Source: Desulfobacterales bacterium (GTDB lineage: Bacteria; Desulfobacterota; Desulfobulbia; Desulfobulbales; BM004). Taken from it: DNA of 64,000 nt. Location: assembly GCA_021647905.1 (NCBI GenBank), contig JAKITW010000002.1, forward strand, positions 6,210 to 70,209, written 5' to 3'. The notes beneath the pieces are model-generated. The model did no database searches. It saw only the letters and a list, made by a program, of their open reading frames with translations, and was not told the DNA's origin. This document shows positions 1 through 7,196 of the stretch, piece after piece. The translations under genes and the position numbers were made by a program. Within the stretch, counting starts at the first letter, position 1. Each line of letters starts with the position of its first letter.

Positions 1-75
1 ACCCGGGGCAGCAATGGCAGGATCAACGCCTTGACATTCGAGGGAACCATCTACGCGCAGCAGCTCTGCGAGTGA
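1..75 (+). CDS. 3' end of an unidentified CDS (partial, runs off the window start)
   Basis: Frame 1 is open from the window edge to TGA at 73-75 (..TFEGTIYAQQLCE*). A hairpin terminator follows. Too short to assign a function. Confidence 0.3.
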   Translation, partial: TRGSNGRINALTFEGTIYAQQLCE

Positions 76-134
76 TTATTTTCAGCTGGAGGGGTTCCAG
101 CCATTCCAAACAGGGATCAGGGGGGAGGAATATA

Positions 135-167
135 AAAAGGCATGGTCGCATGACCATGCCTTTTTTA
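135..167. terminator. Bidirectional rho-independent terminator hairpin
   Basis: GGCATGGTC-gcat-GACCATGCC stem-loop, flanked by an A-run on the left and a T-run on the right. It lies between the convergent partial CDS and the tRNA. Confidence 0.6.
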
Positions 168-172
168 TTCAA

Positions 173-248
173 TGGTGGGCGATACGGGATTCGAACCTGT
201 GACTTCCACCGTGTGAAGGTGGCACTCTAACCACTGAGTTAATCGCCC
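173..248 (-). tRNA. tRNA-Val (anticodon CAC), CCA encoded
   Basis: The reverse complement folds as a cloverleaf. Acceptor GGGCGAT/ATCGCCC, D stem ACTC/GAGT, anticodon stem CCACC/GGTGG with loop TTCACAC, T loop TTCGAAT, 3' CCA. 76 nt. Confidence 0.93.
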
Positions 249-319
249 TGAAAAACGAAAAAAGGATACTCCAGCGCCCTGAAAACTTCAAGCCAATTTA
301 ACCGGCCCGGGGGTGCTCG

Positions 320-412
320 GACCGGTTGCCATGGACAAAGCCCGGTGTCCGGGAAATTTTCATTGTTCGTTGCGGCTATGGCCCAAAACTTGGTCCTGCC
401 ATGCTGGTTTGT
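320..412 (+). repeat. Family A two-hairpin intergenic repeat (copy A1, beta subtype)
   Basis: Shares ..GTGTCCGGGaAATTTTCATTGTT-GTTGcGGCT..AAAAc-TGGTCCtGCCATGCTGGTTTG with copies at 3500-3600 and 44345-44446. Confidence 0.6.
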
Positions 413-519
413 CCCAAAAAAAGAACCGCCGGCAAGGAAAAAGCCTTGCCAGCGGTTGCGATCCGATTTGCGTTGGCTCAGCGCGGGAGGACGATCCAGG
501 GTCGGCCGGCGCTTGGGCC

Positions 520-789
520 CTAGCTCTTGAGCGGGTTGAGTTCGTCCTTGATCTTGGCCTTCACATCAAGGCTGTCCTTGATCTTGCTCGCCTGCTCCTT
601 GACCGCGGCCACCTCTTTTATGCCGGGCACGTTCTCCTTGGCGGTCTCCTCGACCTCTCGCAGTCCGTTTTTAAAAGACTTGATTCCCTTGCCGAGACCG
701 GCGCCGATCTCCGGCAGCTTCTTGCCGCCGAATACCAGAAAGGCGATACCAAGGATAACGATCAATTCCGGGGTTCCCAAACCAAACAT
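520..789 (-). CDS. Twin-arginine translocase TatA/TatB-family subunit (longer paralog, 89 aa)
   Basis: MFGLGTPELIVILGIAFLVFGGKKLPEIGAGLGKGIKSFK is the Tat TM helix plus amphipathic helix signature. Start moved to the ATG at 789, behind GAAGGAGG. The track ORF begins upstream at 831. Confidence 0.85.
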   Translation of the reverse strand: MFGLGTPELIVILGIAFLVFGGKKLPEIGAGLGKGIKSFKNGLREVEETAKENVPGIKEVAAVKEQASKIKDSLDVKAKIKDELNPLKS

Positions 790-869
790 AATGACCTCCT
801 TCTGGCGACACCGGCGTCCAAGCCCTGGCATCGCAACTGATCCAACGAAAAACTCATCCGTAAAAAGGG

Positions 870-1055
870 TTAGGCGTTGGAATCCTTTTTATCTTCTTCA
901 ATCTTTTCCGGCTCGCTCTCCTCGCGGGTGGCTTTCTTGAAGTTCTTTATCCCCTTGCCGATCCCGGAGCCGATCTCCGGCAGTTTGCCGGCGCCAAAGA
1001 TGATCACAATGATAACCAGAATAACGATGAGTTCCGGCATGCCGAGTCCGAACAT
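870..1055 (-). CDS. tatA: Twin-arginine translocase subunit TatA (61 aa)
   Basis: [41 protein letters not shown] is a canonical TatA N-terminus. AAGAGG lies upstream. Confidence 0.9.
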   Translation of the reverse strand: MFGLGMPELIVILVIIVIIFGAGKLPEIGSGIGKGIKNFKKATREESEPEKIEEDKKDSNA

Positions 1056-1238
1056 AAAAAAAACCTCTTTTTCGTTTATTATTTCCAGCCGTTATACACA
1101 GCACCACAAGTCCGCTGCAGCCGCTCTGTATAGAACCCTCTGTAACTGATCACGGCGTCTGTATATGTACATCAAAATCAAAAACAAGGAAACTTCTTTT
1201 TCCGGACCGTGCCCCAGCCGCAACCGACCACTTAACTT

Positions 1239-2579
1239 TCAGCCGCCGGGCCTCATGGCCGCGATTTTCCCGGCAAGTTCGTTCATCTTCTCCAGCACCG
1301 CCTCCTCGTCCAGGGTCAGGAGGCGCTGGTTCCGCATTACCACCCGGCCGTTGATTACCGAGTGGACCACGTCGTTGCCCCGGGCCGCGTAGACCAGGTG
1401 GGAGGGCAGGTTATAGACCGGGGTCAGGTGCGGTTGATTCATATCAAGGACAATGATATCCGCCTTTTTCCCCGGTTCGAGGCTGCCGATCATCTCCTTG
1501 GCGGACAGGGCGGCGGCCCCGCCCACGGTGGCGAGATCCAGGCTGGTCCGGGCGTCCAGCACCGTGGGGTCTTGTGAAAAGACCTTGTGCAGGAGAGCGG
1601 CGCTGTTCATCTCCCCGAACATGTCCACGTTATTATTGCTGGCGCTGCCGTCGGTACCCAGCCCCACGGTCACCCCGGCGGCGAGCAGCCCGGGCACCGG
1701 GGCCACCCCTGAGGCCAGTTTCATGTTGCTCTCCGGGCAGTGGGCGACCTTGACTCCCCTGGCGGCCAGCAGCTCGATTTCTTCCCTGGTCAACTCGACG
1801 CAGTGGTCGGCCAGCACCCGCTCATCCAGAATTCCCAGCCGGTCCAGATGGATCACCGGCGAACAGCCGAACCGCTCTTTTGCGGCCCGCACCTCCTCTT
1901 TGTTTTCAGAGAGATGGATGACATAGAGGGCATCATGTTTATCGGCCAGCTCCTTCAACTGCTTGAGCAGTTCCGGGCCGCAGGTGTAGACCGCATGGGG
2001 ATCAACGGTTACGGTGATCAGCGGGTCCTGCCGGTACATCCCGAGCAGTTCCTCGGTGTAACGGATTCCCTCGGCCAGGGGCCCGTAATTGGGCGAGGGG
2101 AAATCATAGAGCACCTCGCCGACCCAGCCCCGCATGCCGGCCGCGGCCGCGGCCCGGGCCACCTCCCTGGCAAAGAGGTACATGTCGCAGAAACTGGTGG
2201 TGCCGGAACGGATCATCTCGGCAATGGAGAGCAGGGTGGAATGAAAGACCACCTCGCCGGTGAGCCTGGCCTCTGCCGGGAAGATATACTCCTGCAGCCA
2301 CTGCATCAGGGGCAGGTCGTCGGCCAGCCCCCGAAAGCAGGCCATGGCGGCATGGGTATGGGTATTGACCAGGCCGGGCATGATCAGGCCGCGGGGCTCG
2401 TCAATTACCTCCACCCCGGGATACCTGGCCAGCAGCTCCCGGCCGGGCCCGATCTCGACAATGGTGTCGCCGGCCACGGCCACCCCGCCGTTGTCAATAA
2501 TGGTCCTCTCCCGGTCCTGGGTGACCAGGTATCTGCCGCGGATCAGCAGGGTGACCGGCCTGTTGCTGGAAATGCTCAT
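1239..2579 (-). CDS. mtaD: Amidohydrolase, 5-methylthioadenosine/S-adenosylhomocysteine deaminase type
   Basis: GLVNTHTHAAMACFRG (metal HxH), SASNN and GSLEPGKKADI motifs of the MtaD/TRZ-ATZ family. Start set at MSISS.. (ATG 2579, GAGGAA upstream), which avoids overlap with the upstream gene. Confidence 0.85.
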   Translation of the reverse strand: MSISSNRPVTLLIRGRYLVTQDRERTIIDNGGVAVAGDTIVEIGPGRELLARYPGVEVIDEPRGLIMPGLVNTHTHAAMACFRGLADDLPLMQWLQEYIFPAEARLTGEVVFHSTLLSIAEMIRSGTTSFCDMYLFAREVARAAAAAGMRGWVGEVLYDFPSPNYGPLAEGIRYTEELLGMYRQDPLITVTVDPHAVYTCGPELLKQLKELADKHDALYVIHLSENKEEVRAAKERFGCSPVIHLDRLGILDERVLADHCVELTREEIELLAARGVKVAHCPESNMKLASGVAPVPGLLAAGVTVGLGTDGSASNNNVDMFGEMNSAALLHKVFSQDPTVLDARTSLDLATVGGAAALSAKEMIGSLEPGKKADIIVLDMNQPHLTPVYNLPSHLVYAARGNDVVHSVINGRVVMRNQRLLTLDEEAVLEKMNELAGKIAAMRPGG

Positions 2580-2589
2580 TGTCTTTTCC

Positions 2590-3423
2590 TCAGATGACCT
2601 TGAGGGTTTCCACCACCAGCCGCTGGAGCCGGGGTTCGGTCTCCCGGGCCCGGGCAATGATCTCGTCGATCAGGATGGGCTCGAAATTATCCGGGTCATT
2701 GACATTGGCGACCACGGATATTCCCAGCACCCGCATGCCGGCGTGTCTGGCCACGATCACCTCGGGCACCGAGGACATGCCCACCCCGTCGGCCCCGCAG
2801 TTCCGCAGGTACCGGGTTTCAGCCGGTGTTTCAAGACTGGGCCCGGGGATGGCCGCATAGACCCCGCTGGTTACCCGGGGTATGTTGTGCTGTTCGGCGC
2901 AGGCCAGGGCCTTTTCAATGAGGTCCGGGTCATAGGGTTCGGACAGGTCCGGGAACCGCGGCCCCCAGTCATCCACATTGGGGCCGCGCAGGGGATTGTC
3001 CGGGATAAAGTTGAGGTGATCGCGGATGAGCATCAGGGTGCCGGGTTCAAAGGCCGGGTTAAGGCCGCCCGCGGCATTGGTTACCAGCAGGGTGTCCGCG
3101 CCGAGCAGGGCGAGAACCCTGAGCGGAAAGGTCAACTCCCGGGTGGAGTAACCCTCATAGTAGTGAAACCGGCCCTGGAGCATGGCCACGGCCTTGCCGC
3201 CCAGTTCACCGCAAACCAGGTTGCCGGCATGGCTCTTTACCGTGGACCGGGGGAAATGGGGGATTGCTTGATAGGGCAGGATGGCCGGCCCCTTGATCCG
3301 GCCGGCCAACTCACCCAGCCCGGTGCCCAGGACCAATACCACCCCGGGCAATCCTGGCAGCCGGTCGCGCAGAAACGCGGCCGCCGCCTCGGCCTGCTGA
3401 CGGTACTTTTCAATATCGATCAT
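2590..3423 (-). CDS. Purine nucleoside / methylthio-nucleoside phosphorylase (trimeric PNP/MTAP family)
   Basis: PHFPRSTVKSHAGNLVCGELGGK..GRFHYYEGY..VTNAAGGLNP..GPSLETPAE..GADGVGMSSVPE are PNP-family motifs. Start is either ATG 3423 or TTG 3429. Confidence 0.85.
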   Translation of the reverse strand: MIDIEKYRQQAEAAAAFLRDRLPGLPGVVLVLGTGLGELAGRIKGPAILPYQAIPHFPRSTVKSHAGNLVCGELGGKAVAMLQGRFHYYEGYSTRELTFPLRVLALLGADTLLVTNAAGGLNPAFEPGTLMLIRDHLNFIPDNPLRGPNVDDWGPRFPDLSEPYDPDLIEKALACAEQHNIPRVTSGVYAAIPGPSLETPAETRYLRNCGADGVGMSSVPEVIVARHAGMRVLGISVVANVNDPDNFEPILIDEIIARARETEPRLQRLVVETLKVI

Positions 3424-3435
3424 GGGCAATCCCCA

Positions 3436-3626
3436 CCGGAGTGACGTCTTTCATTGTTTGGTTGTGGCTGGGCAAATATGGTCCAGCCATGCTGGTTAGT
3501 TTATATGAAAGTCGTGCCGGACGAAGCTCGCTGTCCGGGGAGATTTTCATAGTTGGTTGTGGCTGCGGCCCCAAAATCATGGTCCAGCCATGCTGGTTAG
3601 TGTCCGTCCAGAAATGAGCAATTTCG
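3436..3626 (+). repeat. Tandem family A repeats (A2a half unit 3436-3499, A2b full unit 3500-3600) plus a 26-nt tail motif (3601-3626)
   Basis: TGGTCCAGCCATGCTGGTTAG occurs twice, 100 nt apart. Each is preceded by TTTCAT-nGTT-GTTGTGGCTG. The tail GTGTCCGTCCAGAAATGAGCAATTTC recurs inverted at 36977-37003. Confidence 0.8.
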
Positions 3627-3744
3627 TTCAAGATCAAGGATCGCGAAAAAAAATAACCGGAGTCATATAAATGATATTACGAGGATTATTTTTTGAGCAT
3701 GACGCCGAGATTGGGCGAAAGGGCCATTTCTGGATGGGCACTAG

Positions 3745-5154
3745 TTACCGGGCATGGCCGGCGACAAACCGCCTTATCACCTCCGGGTCGGCATCAACCA
3801 CCCGGCAGCGGCTCTTTTTTCCCTCCAGGCCGGCCAGCCCGGGCGGCAGGGTCAACTTGCGGCCGATGGCCTCTTCCACCACCCGGCCGAACTTGGCCGG
3901 GTGGGCCGTGGCCAGGCAGACCAGCGGCACCCCGGGCTGCCGCAGGGCCTGGCCCGCATTGACCCCCACCGCGGTATGCGGATCAAGGATGTAGCCGTAT
4001 TCCCGGTAAAAGTTTTTAATGGTCGAGCGGGTCTCGGCCTCGCTGACCCGCTTGGCGGCAAAGTCGGCCCGGATCCGTTGCTGCTGCTCAAGGTCGAATG
4101 TGAGCCCGCCGCTTGCCGCAAACCGTTCCATGTCCTGCCGGGTCCGCTCCGGGTCCTGGTCGTTGAGATAGTACAAAAACCGCTCAAAATTGCTGGCCAG
4201 CTGGATATCCATGGACGGGCTGGAGGTGGCCTTGACCGTGCCCAGGGAATAATCGCCCTGGTTGACGAACCGGGCCAGCAGGTCGTTTTCATTGGTGGCC
4301 ATAATCAGGGTGCGGATTCGGCCGGCCCCCAGCAGCCGCTTGGCCACGAACCCGGCGAATATATCGCCGAAATTGCCGGTGGGCACCGAGAAGTCAACAG
4401 CCCGGTCCTTGTCGCCGGTCACCTGGAGCCAGGCATGGATGTAATAGACCACCTGGGCCAGGATCCGGGCCCAGTTGATGGAGTTGATCGCACCGAGGTG
4501 ATACCCTTCCTTGAACGGGATATCGTTGAACAGTTTTTTGACTATGGCCTGGCCCTGGTCAAAGGTGCCGCGGATGGCCAGGTTGAACACGTTGTCGTCC
4601 AGCACCGTGGTCATCTGCAGTTCCTGGATCCGGCTTACCCGCTTGTGGGGATGGAGGATAAAGATACTGATCCGCTCCTTGCCCCGTACCCCGTAAATGG
4701 CGGCGCTGCCGGTGTCGCCGGAAGTGGCGCCCAGGATATTCATCTTGCCGCCCGACTCCCGCAGGATATACTCAAAGACATTGCCGAGAAACTGCAGGGC
4801 CACGTCCTTGAAGGCCAGGGTCGGGCCATGGAAGAGTTCGAGGATGTGGTAATCGCCCAGGGTCCTGACCGGGGTGATCGCCGGATCACCAAACACGGCG
4901 TAGGAGCGGTCGATCAATTTCCCGAGATCGTTGGCAGGAATATCGGTAACGAACAGGCTGATGATTTCAAAGGCCAGTTGCCGGTAGGAAAGCTTTCCCT
5001 GGCAAAAATCCGCCTGCCAGCCGCGCACCGTATCATCGCCCGGAACGGGCAGGGACCGGGGCAGGAGCAGGCCGCCGTCAACGGCCAGCCCCATCCGGAC
5101 CGCCTCTTTGAACCGGATCGGCTCGATCCCGCCCCTGGTACTGATATACTTCAT
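3745..5154 (-). CDS. thrC: Threonine synthase
   Basis: MKYISTRGG.. N-terminus and HGPTLAFKD PLP-lysine motif. Start ATG 5154 forms an ATGA overlap with the gpmI stop. The track ORF has a spurious 40-aa N-terminal extension. Confidence 0.9.
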   Translation of the reverse strand: MKYISTRGGIEPIRFKEAVRMGLAVDGGLLLPRSLPVPGDDTVRGWQADFCQGKLSYRQLAFEIISLFVTDIPANDLGKLIDRSYAVFGDPAITPVRTLGDYHILELFHGPTLAFKDVALQFLGNVFEYILRESGGKMNILGATSGDTGSAAIYGVRGKERISIFILHPHKRVSRIQELQMTTVLDDNVFNLAIRGTFDQGQAIVKKLFNDIPFKEGYHLGAINSINWARILAQVVYYIHAWLQVTGDKDRAVDFSVPTGNFGDIFAGFVAKRLLGAGRIRTLIMATNENDLLARFVNQGDYSLGTVKATSSPSMDIQLASNFERFLYYLNDQDPERTRQDMERFAASGGLTFDLEQQQRIRADFAAKRVSEAETRSTIKNFYREYGYILDPHTAVGVNAGQALRQPGVPLVCLATAHPAKFGRVVEEAIGRKLTLPPGLAGLEGKKSRCRVVDADPEVIRRFVAGHAR

Positions 5155-6713
5155 TTGCTGTCTTGCCCGAGAATAAGGTTGTCGCCCTCCATCTCGGCCG
5201 GCACCGGCAGGTGGCGCAGGGCCAGCACCGTGGGGGCGATATCCTTCAGGGCCCCGCCGCTGCGCAGACGGCAACCCAGGTAACGCTCGCTCACCAGGAT
5301 AAAGGGCACCGGGTTGGAGGTGTGGGCGGTAAAGGGCCCGTTGGTTTCAGGATTGTACATGGTGTCGGCATTGCCGTGGTCCGAGGTGATCAGGGTTATC
5401 CCGCCCAGGGCGGTGATTCTTTTCACCAGCCGGCCGAGACATCGATCCACGGTCTCGCACGCCTTGACCGCCGCGGCCATCACCCCGGTATGGCCGACCA
5501 TGTCACCGTTGGCAAAATTGAGCACGATCAGATCGTAGGGATTCTCGTCAAGCCGGGCAAGCAATTCGTCGGTCACCTCCTTCGCGCTCATCTCCGGCTT
5601 GAGATCATAGGTGGCCACATCCTTGGGCGAAGGGACCAGGACCCTGTCCTCCAGGGGAAAGGGCTCCTCGCGGCCGCCGTTGAAGAAGTAAGTGACATGG
5701 GCGTATTTTTCAGTCTCGGCGATTCGCAGCTGGCGCAGGCCGTGCCGACTGATCTCCTCGCCGAGAATCCGGAAGAGCAATACCGGAGGAAAGACCACCG
5801 GCATGGTGAAATGTTTGTCATACCGGGTAAAGGTGAGGTACTCGGCCAGGACCGGTTGCCGGGCCCTGGAAAAACCGGTAAAGTCCGGATCAATAAAGGC
5901 ATGGGTCAGTTCCCGGGCCCGGTCGGCCCGGAAGTTGAAGAAGAGCACCGTGTCTCCGTCATTGATCGTGGCCACCGGTCTTCCGGAATCATCAACCAGC
6001 ACGATCGGCTTGATGAACTCGTCGGTTTCGCCACGCTCATAGGCGTCCTCCACCGCGGCTATCGGATCGTCGGCCATAATTCCCTTGCCATCCACCAGGG
6101 CCTGCCAGGCGAGCCGGACCCGGTCCCAGCGGTTGTCCCGGTCCATGGCATAGTAGCGGCCGGAGACAGTGGCCACCTTGCCCGCGCCAGTGGTGGTCAG
6201 GGTGGCGGAAAGTTCCTGCAGGTAGCCGGCCCCGCTCTTGGGCGGGGTGTCCCGGCCGTCCATAAAGGCATGGATAAAGATTCCCTCGACCCCATGGTCC
6301 GCCGCCATCCGCACCAGGGCCTTGAGGTGATCGATATGGCTGTGCACGCCGCCGTCCGAGACCAGGCCCAGCAGGTGGAGGGCGCCGCCGGACTCCCGGG
6401 CCTGGCTGAAGGCGCGCACCAGCACCTGGTTGGTAAAAAAATCACCCTGCTCAAGGGCCCGGTTGATCCGGGTGAAATCCTGGTACACGACCCGGCCGGC
6501 GCCGATGTTGAGATGGCCCACCTCGGAGTTGCCCATCTGGCCCTCGGGCAGTCCCACTGCGCCGTCATGGGCATCAAGGGTGGTAAAGGGATAGCGCTTT
6601 GTCCAGTGATCAAGGTTGGGGGTGGCGGCCACATGGATGGCATTGGTGCCAATGGGCCGGCCATGTCCCCAGCCGTCGAGAATGGCCAGCAGAATCGGGG
6701 ATACTTTTTTCAT
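5151..6713 (-). CDS. gpmI: 2,3-bisphosphoglycerate-independent phosphoglycerate mutase
   Basis: ILDGWG, GQMGNSEVGHLN, LVSDGGVHSH, TSDHGNA motifs over the full 520 aa. Confidence 0.93.
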   Translation of the reverse strand: MKKVSPILLAILDGWGHGRPIGTNAIHVAATPNLDHWTKRYPFTTLDAHDGAVGLPEGQMGNSEVGHLNIGAGRVVYQDFTRINRALEQGDFFTNQVLVRAFSQARESGGALHLLGLVSDGGVHSHIDHLKALVRMAADHGVEGIFIHAFMDGRDTPPKSGAGYLQELSATLTTTGAGKVATVSGRYYAMDRDNRWDRVRLAWQALVDGKGIMADDPIAAVEDAYERGETDEFIKPIVLVDDSGRPVATINDGDTVLFFNFRADRARELTHAFIDPDFTGFSRARQPVLAEYLTFTRYDKHFTMPVVFPPVLLFRILGEEISRHGLRQLRIAETEKYAHVTYFFNGGREEPFPLEDRVLVPSPKDVATYDLKPEMSAKEVTDELLARLDENPYDLIVLNFANGDMVGHTGVMAAAVKACETVDRCLGRLVKRITALGGITLITSDHGNADTMYNPETNGPFTAHTSNPVPFILVSERYLGCRLRSGGALKDIAPTVLALRHLPVPAEMEGDNLILGQDSK

Positions 6714-6728
6714 AAGCCTTGTTTCAGA

Positions 6729-6782
6729 TCAAAGTCGCTGCCCGGCACCGGCCTTGCCATGCCGGAGTAACGCCTTTCATTC
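6729..6782 (+). repeat. Family A repeat, first hairpin only (copy A3, alpha subtype)
   Basis: AAAGTCGC..GGCCTTGCCATGCCGGAGTaACGCCTTTCATT matches 28381-28433 and 52060-52092. Confidence 0.5.
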
Positions 6783-6804
6783 TTCCGTTATGACGGGCCG
6801 GCAT

Positions 6805-7194
6805 TCAACTCTTTTGGGTATCCGGTTCCGGGTCAATCCGGGGTGCATCGTGCCACAGCCCCTCCAGGTCATAGAATTTCCTGGATTCCTTATAAAAGAT
6901 ATGAACAACCACATCAAAATAATCGAGCAGGACCCAGAGCCCGTCCTTGAGCCCCTCGCTGGTGTTGCCGCTGATCCGTTTACTCCTGAGTTCGCCCTCC
7001 ACCGCCTGGGCCAGGCTCTGGGTATGCCGGGTGGAGTTACCGCTCATGATCACGAAAAAATCGGCAAAGGTGGCCAGGCCGCGGACATCGAGAATAACCA
7101 GTTCCCCGGCCTTTTTGTTCAGCGCGGCCCGGGCGCAGACCCGGGCGATTTCCAGGCTGCTCTTGTTCCGATGCACCTTTTTTACATTCTGCAC
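6805..7194 (-). CDS. rsfS: Ribosome silencing factor RsfS (iojap family)
   Basis: ILDVRGLATFADFFVIMSGNSTRHTQSLA..WVLLDYFDVVVHIF..RKFYDLEGLW signature. Confidence 0.88.
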   Translation of the reverse strand: MQNVKKVHRNKSSLEIARVCARAALNKKAGELVILDVRGLATFADFFVIMSGNSTRHTQSLAQAVEGELRSKRISGNTSEGLKDGLWVLLDYFDVVVHIFYKESRKFYDLEGLWHDAPRIDPEPDTQKS

Positions 7195-7196
7195 AA

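Noticed and set aside
3754-5283. Very long ORFs on the strand opposite to well-supported genes. Examples: 3754-5283 opposite thrC, 5163-6770 opposite gpmI, 18532-20400 opposite the kinase, 22339-23724 opposite the TonB receptor, 48087-49562 opposite the B12 rSAM, 61580-62638 opposite serA, 63125-63997 opposite the LpxR-like gene, 58929-60224 opposite the peptidase.
   Set aside because: Their translations are low-complexity and rich in Gly, Pro, Arg, Ala, His and Gln, with no recognisable motifs. The partner strand encodes proteins with clear family signatures. Such mirror ORFs are the expected stop-codon-poor artefact of GC-rich DNA.
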